Of a stretch of DNA of 21,947 nt, positions 8,910 to 20,414 are shown piece after piece. Under the pieces are notes generated by a model, which saw nothing but the letters and a program-made list of their open reading frames with translations, made no database searches and was not told the DNA's origin. This DNA is from Candidatus Omnitrophota bacterium (GTDB lineage: Bacteria; Omnitrophota; Gorgyraeia; 2-01-FULL-45-10; JBDRSA01), in NCBI GenBank assembly GCA_043825275.1, contig JBDRSA010000060.1:1-21947 (forward strand), given 5' to 3'. Numbering within the stretch: position 1 is the stretch's first letter; every line of letters starts with the position of its first letter. The position numbers were made by a program, and so were the translations under genes.

Positions 8910-10502
8910 ATGAATCTGCAGCAACCGAACGCAAATGATGTAACACAGACGGCGAACAGGTCGCGGAATGTCGTCCCTACCTCAGGGCTCTGTACGCGAT
9001 GTATCGACGGATGCCGCGGCAATTGCGAAGTATTCAAAGCAAGCTTTCGCGGCCGCGAAGTGATCTATCCCGGCCCATTCGGGGAAATTACGGCAGGAGG
9101 CGACAAGAATTACCCGATCGATTATTCGCATCTCAATATTCAGGGATATGCCATGGGGGCGAAAGGTTTGCCGAAAGGGGTTGAAGGTAATCCCGATACC
9201 GCGATATTTCCGGCGGTAGATACCGAGACCGAATACGGCTGGGATGAGAAGGTGAAGTTGAGGATCCCCGCGTTTACGGGAGCGCTCGGGTCGACCGAGA
9301 TCGCGAGGAAGAACTGGGAGCACTTCGCGATCGGAGCGGCTATTTCCGGAGTTACCCTTGTTTGCGGTGAAAATGTCTGCGGTATCGATCCAAAACTGGA
9401 GCTCGACAAACATGGCAAGATCAAGAAGGCCCCGGACATGGACCGCAGGATCGAGACGTACCGGCGATTCCACGAGGGCTACGGCGAAATCCTTGTCCAG
9501 ATGAACGTCGAAGATACCCGTCTCGGCGTCGCTGAATACGTCAGCAAGAAGCACAAGCTTGAAACTATAGAGCTGAAGTGGGGGCAGGGCGCGAAGTGTA
9601 TCGGCGGAGAGATCAAAGTCGAGAGCCTCGACCGCGCGCTTGAGCTGAAGAAGAGAGGCTATATCGTTACGCCGGATCCGTCCGTAAAATCGGTTCAGAA
9701 AGCGTATAAGCATGGCGCGATCAGGGAGTTCGAGCGTCATTCACGTCTCGGGTTCGTTACCGAAGAGGCATTTTTTGCGGAGATCAAACGGCTTAGAGAC
9801 ATCGGATTCAAACGTATTACGCTGAAGACCGGCGCCTATCCGATGCGTGAGCTTGCCATGGCGATCAAGTATAGTTCTTTGGCCAAGATAGATCTTTTAA
9901 CCATAGACGGCGCGCCGGGCGGAACGGGGATGAGCCCCTGGCGGATGATGGAAGAGTGGGGCGTGCCTACCTTCTATCTGCAGTCGATGACGCATGAGAT
10001 ATGTGAGCGGCTCGCGAGAAAGGGCATGCGCATTCCCGATATCGCCATAGCCGGCGGCTTCTCAACAGAAGATCACCTATTCAAAGTGCTGTCGATGGGA
10101 GCGCCGTACGTGAAAGCGGTCTGTATGGGAAGGGCCTTTATGATCCCGGGCATGGTCGGTAAGAATATCGGCTACTGGATCGAAAGCAAAGATCTTCCGC
10201 AGACGGTTTCCCGTTTCGGGAAGACGCCGAATGAGATATTTGTCTGCTATGACGAGCTTGCCGAGAAGTACGGGAAGGACATAAAAAATATTCCGCTCGG
10301 GGCCTTGGGAATCTACAGTTTTTCCCAGAAGCTCAAGGTTGGCCTGCAGCAGCTTATGGCCGGCAGCAGGAATTTCAGGCTCAGCACCATTACCAGGAAT
10401 GATGTGATGGCGCTCACCGAAGAAGCAGCGAGAGTATCGGGGATCCCCTTTATTATGGATGCTTTTCGCAAGGAGATGGAGGAGATCGTCGAGGCAAGGT
10501 AA
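8910..10502 (+). CDS. FMN-binding glutamate-synthase-domain (GltS central domain-like) protein
   Basis: 530 aa, good SD (AAGGAGA). LELKWGQGAKCIGGEIK, LTIDGAPGGTGMSPWRM and IAGGFSTEDHLFKVLSMGAPYVKAVCMGRAFM match the glutamate synthase FMN/TIM-barrel domain. Extra N-terminal CTRCIDGCRGNC. Confidence 0.87.
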   Translation: MNLQQPNANDVTQTANRSRNVVPTSGLCTRCIDGCRGNCEVFKASFRGREVIYPGPFGEITAGGDKNYPIDYSHLNIQGYAMGAKGLPKGVEGNPDTAIFPAVDTETEYGWDEKVKLRIPAFTGALGSTEIARKNWEHFAIGAAISGVTLVCGENVCGIDPKLELDKHGKIKKAPDMDRRIETYRRFHEGYGEILVQMNVEDTRLGVAEYVSKKHKLETIELKWGQGAKCIGGEIKVESLDRALELKKRGYIVTPDPSVKSVQKAYKHGAIREFERHSRLGFVTEEAFFAEIKRLRDIGFKRITLKTGAYPMRELAMAIKYSSLAKIDLLTIDGAPGGTGMSPWRMMEEWGVPTFYLQSMTHEICERLARKGMRIPDIAIAGGFSTEDHLFKVLSMGAPYVKAVCMGRAFMIPGMVGKNIGYWIESKDLPQTVSRFGKTPNEIFVCYDELAEKYGKDIKNIPLGALGIYSFSQKLKVGLQQLMAGSRNFRLSTITRNDVMALTEEAARVSGIPFIMDAFRKEMEEIVEAR

Positions 10503-10538
10503 AAAACCGTTCACGCCTGAATTGTCGCGTAATTATAA

Positions 10539-10567
10539 TTGACAATGAGGCCGTGAAGGAGTAGAAT
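10539..10567 (+). promoter_or_regulatory. Sigma70-like promoter upstream of carA
   Basis: TTGACA (10539-10544), 17-nt spacer, TAGAAT (10562-10567). Confidence 0.75.
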
Positions 10568-10575
10568 ACGAATTG

Positions 10576-10636
10576 AGAGAAACAAAGGCGTCCTTTCTAT
10601 ATACAACGAAGTAGAAAGGACGCTTTCTCTTTTGTT
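10576..10636 (+). terminator. Long terminator-like hairpin in the carA leader (possible attenuator)
   Basis: GCGTCCTTTCT (10588-10598) is perfectly complementary to AGAAAGGACGC (10613-10623). Further pairing AGAGAAA (10576-10582) with TTTCTCT (10624-10630), then a T-rich TTTTGTT. Confidence 0.7.
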
Positions 10637-10675
10637 GAGGGTATAATACCGGTTTATGATACCGCAGGGGATCGA

Positions 10676-11779
10676 ATGAATAAGACAAAAAAGGCAAAAA
10701 TAGTCTTCGAAGACGGAAGGACTTTTGCGGGGAGTTCTTTCGGCGCCGGGGGAACCACCTTCGGCGAAGCTGTCTTCAATACCAGCATGTCAGGCTATCA
10801 GGAGATCCTTACCGACCCTTCCTACAAAGGACAGATCGTCGCCATGACCTACCCGCTTATCGGAAATTATGGGGTCAACTCCGAGGACGTAGAGTCGAGA
10901 AGACCGTTTGTTGAGGGTTTTGTCGTAAAAGAGAGAAGCCGCATCGCCAGCAGCTGGCGGAGCGAGCGGACTCTCGATGAGTATCTTGAGGAGAATGGTA
11001 TTATCGGCATCGAAGGGATCGATACGCGGGCGCTCACCCGGCACATCCGTCTTAAGGGCGCCATGAAAGCGGTCATATCAACCGATGATCTTGATGAGAG
11101 AAGACTAAGAAAAGCCGCGAAGAATTCCCGCGGCCTTACCGGGATAGACCTTGTGAAAGAGGTGCGATACGAAAAGATCACGCGCTGGAATAAGAAGGGA
11201 AAATATACGATCGCTGTTCTCGACTGCGGCGTTAAATTCAATATTCTCAGACGGCTTGATGAAATCGGCTGTAAAGTTGTCGTGGTTCCTTCTGACGCGG
11301 ATGCGGCTACGATACTGGATGAAAAACCGGACGGGATCCTGCTTTCGAACGGGCCCGGCGATCCGGCCGGCGTTCCGTATATTGTCGATACCGTCCGGAA
11401 CCTTATCGGGAAAGTACCGATATTCGGCATCTGCTTCGGACATCAGATGCTGGGGCTTGCTCTCGGCGGAAAGACCTACAAGTTAAAGTTCGGCCACCAC
11501 GGCGGGAACCACCCGGTAAAGGACCTGAAGACCGGCCGCGTCGCTATCACCGTCCAGAATCACAGTTTCTGCGTCGATGTCGACACGCTCAAAAAGAGCG
11601 ATATTGAGATCACCCACATCAACCTGAACGACAATACCCTTGAAGGTATGAGGCACAAAAAGCTCCCGATCTTCTCGGTCCAGTTCCATCCGGAATACGG
11701 CCCCGGCCCGCGGGACGCGGTGTATTTGTTCGGCGAGTTCGTAGATATGGTGAAGAAGCATGCGAAGAAGGGTCGATAA
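10676..11779 (+). CDS. carA: Carbamoyl-phosphate synthase small (glutaminase) subunit
   Basis: 367 aa. Class I GATase with GICFGHQMLGLALGGKTYKLKFGHHGGNHP and FSVQFHPEYGPGP; N-terminal CarA domain FNTSMSGYQEILTDPSYKGQIVAMTYPLIGNYG. Confidence 0.97.
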   Translation: MNKTKKAKIVFEDGRTFAGSSFGAGGTTFGEAVFNTSMSGYQEILTDPSYKGQIVAMTYPLIGNYGVNSEDVESRRPFVEGFVVKERSRIASSWRSERTLDEYLEENGIIGIEGIDTRALTRHIRLKGAMKAVISTDDLDERRLRKAAKNSRGLTGIDLVKEVRYEKITRWNKKGKYTIAVLDCGVKFNILRRLDEIGCKVVVVPSDADAATILDEKPDGILLSNGPGDPAGVPYIVDTVRNLIGKVPIFGICFGHQMLGLALGGKTYKLKFGHHGGNHPVKDLKTGRVAITVQNHSFCVDVDTLKKSDIEITHINLNDNTLEGMRHKKLPIFSVQFHPEYGPGPRDAVYLFGEFVDMVKKHAKKGR

Positions 11780-11788
11780 AAGGAAAGC

Positions 11789-11976
11789 CTGTCATTGCGA
11801 GTCCCGCGAAGCGGGGCGAAGCAATCTCCCGAACGAAGCGAGGGGGTCTTTTAGTAATTCTGACAGAGATTGCTTCGTCGCGGAGCTAAGTAAAAGTGGG
11901 GCGCTTCTCGCAATGACGAAGAGGGAAATAACTTCGTCGCGGAGCTAAGTAAAAGTGGGGCGCTCCTCGCAATGAC
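11789..11976. repeat. Dispersed palindromic repeat of the TCATTGCGAG...CTCGCAATGA type with internal duplication
   Basis: 5' arm TGTCATTGCGAG...GCGAAGCAATCTC; complementary 3' arm GAGATTGCTTCG...CTCGCAATGAC. A 45-nt segment is repeated at 11873-11917 and 11932-11976 with one mismatch. Confidence 0.88.
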
Positions 11977-11992
11977 AAATAAGAGCTAAAAA

Positions 11993-13474
11993 ATGCCAAA
12001 AAGAACTGATATAAAAAAGATACTGATCATCGGCTCCGGGCCGATCGTGATAAGCCAGGCCTGCGAGTTCGACTATTCCGGCACCCAGGCCTGCAAAGCG
12101 CTCCGTGAAGACGGGTACAAAGTAGCCCTTATTAATTCAAATCCCGCTACGATCATGACCGACCCCGATATGGCGGATGCGACGTATATTGAGCCGATAA
12201 CGCCGGAAGTCGTCGAGAAGATCATCGAGAAAGAACGGCCCGACGCGATCCTGCCGACGCTTGGCGGGCAGACCGGGCTCAATACGGCCATGAAGATCTG
12301 CGAAATGGGCGTTCTCAAGAAGTACAACGTGAAGATGATCGGCGCGAATTATAATGTTATCAGGAAAGCCGAAAACAGGAACGATTTCAAAAAGGCGATG
12401 CTGAAGATCGGCCTCGACCTGCCGAAGAGCATGCTCGCGCATAGCATGAACGGCGCGCGGAAAGCTCTTAAAAAGATAGGCCTTCCGGTCATTATCCGGC
12501 CGAGTTTTACGCTCGGGGGCACCGGCGGCGGGATCGCGACGACGAAAGAAGAGTTCGAGTATATCGTTGCCCTGGGGCTCAAAAACAGTATGACCAGCGA
12601 GGTCCTGATCGAGGAGTCGATCGTCGGGTGGAAAGAGTACGAGCTCGAAGTGATGCGCGACATAAAAGACAACGTCGTTATTGTCTGTTCGATCGAGAAT
12701 CTCGATCCGATGGGGATCCACACGGGGGACTCGATCACGGTCGCGCCGCAGCAGACCCTGACCGACCGTGAGTATCAGACGATGCGCGACGCGGCGATCG
12801 CGATCATGCGTGAGATCGGCGTCGCGACGGGCGGGTCGAACGTACAGTTCGCCGTGAATCCCAAAAACGGAAGGATGGTCGTTATCGAGATGAATCCGCG
12901 CGTATCGAGGAGCTCCGCGCTCGCCAGTAAAGCGACCGGGTTTCCGATCGCGAAGTTCGCGGCGAAGCTTGCCGTCGGTTATACGCTCGATGAGATACAG
13001 AACGACATAACGAAAGAGACGCCGGCTTCGTTCGAGCCGACGATTGATTACTGCGTCGTGAAGATCCCGAGATTTACGTTCGAGAAGTTTCCCGAAGCGA
13101 AGGATATCCTCGGTATTTCCATGAAATCGGTCGGAGAAACGATGGCGATCGGCAGGACGTTCAAGGAAGCGATCCAGAAAGGATTACGCGGTTTAGAGAT
13201 CGGCCATGTCGGGCTCGACAACAAGAAATCGTTCAGGAAGATACCGGACAGCAAGATGTACAAGCGCCTGAAAGAGCCGAACGCGTCGAGAATATTCTAC
13301 GTAAAATACGCCCTTCAGAGGGGGATGAGCGTCAGGAAGCTCGCGGATATTACCGGTATCGACCCCTGGTTCATTCACAACATTAAAGAGATCGTCGATC
13401 TGGAGAAAAAGATAAAACAGGTTGCCAGTTGCCAGTTGCCAGAAAACAGAGAAAAAAATTCCCGCTGCCGATAG
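11993..13474 (+). CDS. carB: Carbamoyl-phosphate synthase large subunit copy 1, N-terminal half (frame disrupted)
   Basis: 493 aa. [81 protein letters not shown]. Coding similarity to CarB ends at EKKIKQ (13420), followed by 17 novel codons and a stop. Confidence 0.9.
   Translation: MPKRTDIKKILIIGSGPIVISQACEFDYSGTQACKALREDGYKVALINSNPATIMTDPDMADATYIEPITPEVVEKIIEKERPDAILPTLGGQTGLNTAMKICEMGVLKKYNVKMIGANYNVIRKAENRNDFKKAMLKIGLDLPKSMLAHSMNGARKALKKIGLPVIIRPSFTLGGTGGGIATTKEEFEYIVALGLKNSMTSEVLIEESIVGWKEYELEVMRDIKDNVVIVCSIENLDPMGIHTGDSITVAPQQTLTDREYQTMRDAAIAIMREIGVATGGSNVQFAVNPKNGRMVVIEMNPRVSRSSALASKATGFPIAKFAAKLAVGYTLDEIQNDITKETPASFEPTIDYCVVKIPRFTFEKFPEAKDILGISMKSVGETMAIGRTFKEAIQKGLRGLEIGHVGLDNKKSFRKIPDSKMYKRLKEPNASRIFYVKYALQRGMSVRKLADITGIDPWFIHNIKEIVDLEKKIKQVASCQLPENREKNSRCR
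13421..13449. repeat. 29-nt insertion with 3x GTTGCCA tandem heptamers inside carB1
   Basis: AAAACAG | GTTGCCA GTTGCCA GTTGCCA GAAAACAG | AG... The direct repeat AAAACAG occurs at 13414-13420 and 13443-13449. Excision restores frame and expected CarB length. Confidence 0.9.
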
Positions 13475-15231
13475 ACCTTCTAAAAAAGGCGAAGGAATTT
13501 GGGTTCAGTGACTGCCAGATAGCGGAGCTCATTGGTTCAGACGAGCTTGCTGTTCGCGGAGGTCGAAAAAAACTGGGTGTCCAGGCGACCTTTAAACTGG
13601 TCGATACCTGCGCGGCCGAGTTTGAGGCGTATACGCCGTATTACTATTCGACGTATGAATCCGAAGACGAATCGCGCCCTTCGAAAAAGAAGAAGATCAT
13701 GATATTGGGCGGCGGGCCGAACAGGATCGGACAGGGGATCGAGTTTGACTATTGCTGCTGCCACGCTTCGTTCGCGCTGAAAGAGCTTGGTTATGAGACA
13801 ATCATGGTGAACTCAAATCCCGAGACCGTATCGACCGATTACGACACTTCCGACAAGCTCTATTTTGAGCCGCTTACATTTGAAGACGTGATGAACATTG
13901 TCGACAGAGAAAGGCCGGATGGGGTAATAGTCCAATTCGGCGGGCAGACGCCTTTGAATCTCGCTAAAAAACTCCTTGACGCGGGTGTCCCCATAATCGG
14001 CACCTCGGTCAGATCTATCGATAACGCTGAAGACAGGGACAAGTTCGCGAAGCTTATCAGAAAGCTGAAGATCGACCAGCCGCCAAACGGCTCCGCGACC
14101 TCAGGAGAGGAAGCGCTGAAGATCGCGCGGCGGATCGGATACCCGATCCTGGTGCGGCCGTCATATGTGCTCGGCGGAAGGTCCATGAGGATCGTTTATA
14201 ACGATTCGTCGCTGAAAACTTTTATTAAAGAGGCCGCGGATACTTCACGGGAGCTTCCGATCCTGATAGACAAATTCCTTGAGGATGCCGTTGAGGTCGA
14301 CGTCGACGCGATTTCAGACGGAACGATGACCGTTATCGGCGGTATCATGGAGCACATTGAGGAAGCCGGGGTTCATTCCGGCGACTCGGCATGCGTGCTT
14401 CCGCCGCATACGCTGAGCGATGAGATCATCAATACGATACGGGATCATACGATCGCGATCTCAAAAGAGCTTAAAGTCGTCGGCCTTTTGAACATTCAGT
14501 TCGCGGTTAAAAACGATGTGGTATTTGTCCTCGAGGTAAACCCGAGGGCGTCGAGAACCGTGCCGTTCGTCAGCAAAACGATCGGTGTCCCGCTCGCGAA
14601 ACTCGCGGCAAAGGTTATGACGGGAAAGACCCTGCGTGAACTCGGATTCACCAAAGAAAAGCATATTGAACATATTTCGGTAAAGGAATCGGTGCTTCCG
14701 TTCTCAAGGTTTTCAGGAGTCGATATACTGCTCGGGCCTGAGATGAAGTCGACCGGCGAGGTCATGGGTATCGATACTTCGTTCGGCGTGGCCTTCTATA
14801 AAGCGCAGGCCGCGGCTGGACACGTCCTTCCGAAAAGCGGCAAAGTTTTTATCAGCGTCAAGAATGACGATAAGCGCGACGTGGTCTTTCTCGCGAAGAG
14901 ATTATGCGACATCGGATTTGAGATCCTCGCGACAAAAGGGACCGCCAAGGTTTTCAGGTCAAATGCCATAAAAGCAAAAACGCTCGGGAAGATCGGTGAG
15001 GGGCACACCGAACTGCTGGACCTTATCAAAAAGGGTGAGATACATCTTATTATTAATACTCCATCGGGCCAGCGGGGGCAGTCTGACATGAAGCCGATCC
15101 GCAGCCTTGCGGTCCTGCAGGGGATACCGTGCATAACGACGATCCAGGGAGCTCAGGCGACGGTAAACGGCATTGATTCAATAGCGAAAAAAGAACTTAC
15201 GGTCCGATCGATCCAGGAGTATCTTTCTTGA
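13429..15231 (+). CDS. carB: Carbamoyl-phosphate synthase large subunit copy 1, C-terminal half (offset -1 relative to the N-half)
   Basis: 600 aa. [91 protein letters not shown], complete C-terminal MGS-like allosteric domain. TTG at 13429 is only a nominal start. True CarB similarity starts near 13450. Confidence 0.88.
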   Translation: MPVARKQRKKFPLPIDLLKKAKEFGFSDCQIAELIGSDELAVRGGRKKLGVQATFKLVDTCAAEFEAYTPYYYSTYESEDESRPSKKKKIMILGGGPNRIGQGIEFDYCCCHASFALKELGYETIMVNSNPETVSTDYDTSDKLYFEPLTFEDVMNIVDRERPDGVIVQFGGQTPLNLAKKLLDAGVPIIGTSVRSIDNAEDRDKFAKLIRKLKIDQPPNGSATSGEEALKIARRIGYPILVRPSYVLGGRSMRIVYNDSSLKTFIKEAADTSRELPILIDKFLEDAVEVDVDAISDGTMTVIGGIMEHIEEAGVHSGDSACVLPPHTLSDEIINTIRDHTIAISKELKVVGLLNIQFAVKNDVVFVLEVNPRASRTVPFVSKTIGVPLAKLAAKVMTGKTLRELGFTKEKHIEHISVKESVLPFSRFSGVDILLGPEMKSTGEVMGIDTSFGVAFYKAQAAAGHVLPKSGKVFISVKNDDKRDVVFLAKRLCDIGFEILATKGTAKVFRSNAIKAKTLGKIGEGHTELLDLIKKGEIHLIINTPSGQRGQSDMKPIRSLAVLQGIPCITTIQGAQATVNGIDSIAKKELTVRSIQEYLS

Positions 15232-15294
15232 ACCGGGATCCGGCATCCGCTCGGGGGCAGGTTCAAAGTAGATGCGCAATGTCCGTATCCGTGC

Positions 15295-15300
15295 TATAAT
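15295..15300 (+). promoter_or_regulatory. Possible -10 element (TATAAT) upstream of carB2, no good -35
   Basis: Perfect TATAAT in the 122-nt intergenic gap. No convincing TTGACA-like box 16-18 nt upstream. Confidence 0.3.
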
Positions 15301-15353
15301 AATGTGCTGATAAATCATAGAGAATGTTGTTGTTCAATCGAGAAGGAGAGGAC

Positions 15354-18565
<3,212 letters not shown>

Positions 18566-18581
<16 letters not shown>

Positions 18582-20107
18582 TAGCGATCCTTGACTTCGG
18601 AAGCCAGTACACGCACCTGATCGCCAGGCGTGTCAGGGAGTGCGGGGTGTATTCCGAGATCGTGCCGTATACGATCACAAAAAAAGAGCTGCTCGAGAAA
18701 GACCCGAGCGCCCTGATCCTTTCGGGCGGGCCGGCGAGCGTGACCACAAAGAAAGGCCCCCGCTGCGATCGCGAGATCTTCTCGTTAGGTATTCCGGTCC
18801 TCGGGATCTGTTACGGGGCGCAGCTGATGGCGGAGATGCTCGGCGGGAAGGTTAGCGCGGCGCGCGCGCGTGAGTACGGCAAGGCGTCACTGACGATCAA
18901 GTCGAGAATATCACTTTTAAAAGGGGTGGGACAGACCGAGACGGTCTGGATGAGCCACGGCGATAAGATCACGATGCTTCCTTCCGGTTTTCGTATTATC
19001 GGATCGACCGACAACGCGCATGTCGCGGCGATGGAGGATGGATCGCGGAAATTCTACGGCGTGCAGTTCCACCCTGAAGTCGTCCACACGCCGAAAGGAA
19101 AACAGATCTTCGCCAATTTTGTTCATGGGATCGCCGGCTGCAAAGACGGCTGGAACATGAAGTCGTTCGTCAAGAGCCAGATAGGGGCACTGCGGGAGAG
19201 ACTCGGGAACGACAAAGTTCTCTGCGCGTTGAGCGGGGGCGTCGATTCGTCCGTTTTGACGGTGCTCTTACGTGAAGCGATCGGGAAGAACCTCATTGCG
19301 GTCTTTATCGATAACGGTGTTCTCAGGAAAGACGAAGCGCGTCTTGTGAAAGACAGGTTCAAGAACAAATATAAGATTAACCTGAAGCTTGTTGACGCAA
19401 GCGATATATTTCTCAAGCGGCTCAAGGGTGTGAGCGATCCCGAGAAGAAGCGGAAGATCATCGGAATGACCTTTATTTCCGTATTCGAAAAAGAGGCGAA
19501 GAAGATCGGCGCAATAAAGTACCTGGCGCAGGGGACGCTCTACCCTGACGCGATCGAATCGGTATCGCCGACCGGCGGCCCGTCGGCGATGATCAAGAGC
19601 CATCACAATGTCGGCGGACTTCCGAAGCGGCTGAAGTTCACGCTTATCGAGCCGCTCAGGGACCTCTTTAAAGATGAAGTGCGGCTTGTCGGCAAAGAGC
19701 TCGGGTTGCCGGACGAACTTGTGTACCGGCAGCCGTTTCCCGGCCCGGGACTTGCGGTGCGGATCATCGGGTCGATCACCAGGAAACGTCTTGATGTACT
19801 GCGTGAAGCGGACTGGATACTTGTCGATGAGATAAAACGCGCCGGGTTCTATCGGGATCTTTGGCAGTCGTTCTGTGTTCTTCTGCCGATCAAGACGGTC
19901 GGTGTCATGGGCGACCAGAGAACGTATGAGAACGCGGTCGCGATACGCGCGGTAACGAGTGAAGACGCGATGACGGCCAACTGGGCGCGGCTTCCGTATG
20001 ACCTTCTTGAAAAGGTTTCGAACAGGATCATTAATGAGGTGCAGGGCATCAACCGTGTTGTGTATGATGTCTCATCGAAGCCGCCGAGCACGATAGAGTG
20101 GGAATAG
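18566..20107 (+). CDS. guaA: GMP synthase (glutamine-hydrolysing)
   Basis: 513 aa. [60 protein letters not shown]-terminal [18 protein letters not shown]...STIEWE. Overlaps carB2 by 16 nt. Confidence 0.98.
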
Positions 20108-20111
20108 AACA

Positions 20112-20393
20112 GTTCATAGTTCAAAGAGGATGTCCCGCAGGCGAACCATGGACTTTGAACTGATCAGATTACCAGTAGTTGTAAGAATGAAATTACGGTT
20201 TACGGTGCACGGTTAACGGTTTACGGTTAAGATCGAAAAAACAACCGATTAATCCGAAGAAGATCAGCATTGAAATTTGCATATTGCGTTATTGATCATT
20301 TTCAGCTCTTTTTTACCGTTCACCGTACACCGTTAACCGTAAACCGTCTCTGTTCTCCGAACTATGAACTATGTACTATGAACTTTGAACTAA
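20112..20393. repeat. Intergenic nested inverted-repeat element, copy B (7-nt-period arms)
   Basis: Outer left GTTCATAGTTCAAAG (20112-20126); inner left CGGTTTA-CGGTGCA-CGGTTAA-CGGTTTA-CGGTTAA (20196-20230); inner right TTTACCG-TTCACCG-TACACCG-TTAACCG-TAAACCG (20312-20346); outer right GAACTAT-GAACTAT-GTACTAT-GAACTTT-GAACTAA (20359-20393). Confidence 0.9.
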
Positions 20394-20414
20394 ATGGGAG
20401 TTAAGTAGCCAACC

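Noticed and set aside
10521-10546. ATTGTC...GACAAT and AATTATAATT around the carA -35 as an operator
   Set aside because: Short arms, different symmetry centres and AT-rich context. Not better than chance without comparative data.
10642-10647. TATAAT at 10642-10647 as the main carA promoter
   Set aside because: No acceptable -35 box 16-18 nt upstream, whereas TTGACA-N17-TAGAAT at 10539-10567 is much stronger. Kept only as an alternative.
13452-13458. carB1 frameshift as a simple one-base error in the A7 homopolymer
   Set aside because: Fixing one base would restore frame but leave about 10 extra residues encoded by the heptamer tract. Removing the 29 nt between AAAACAG repeats fixes both frame and length. 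A sequencing error cannot be fully excluded without reads.
13429-15231. Second half of carB1 as an independent unrelated gene
   Set aside because: The sequence is the collinear C-terminal continuation of CarB, with the second ATP-grasp half and the MGS domain. The start codon lies inside the inserted heptamers.
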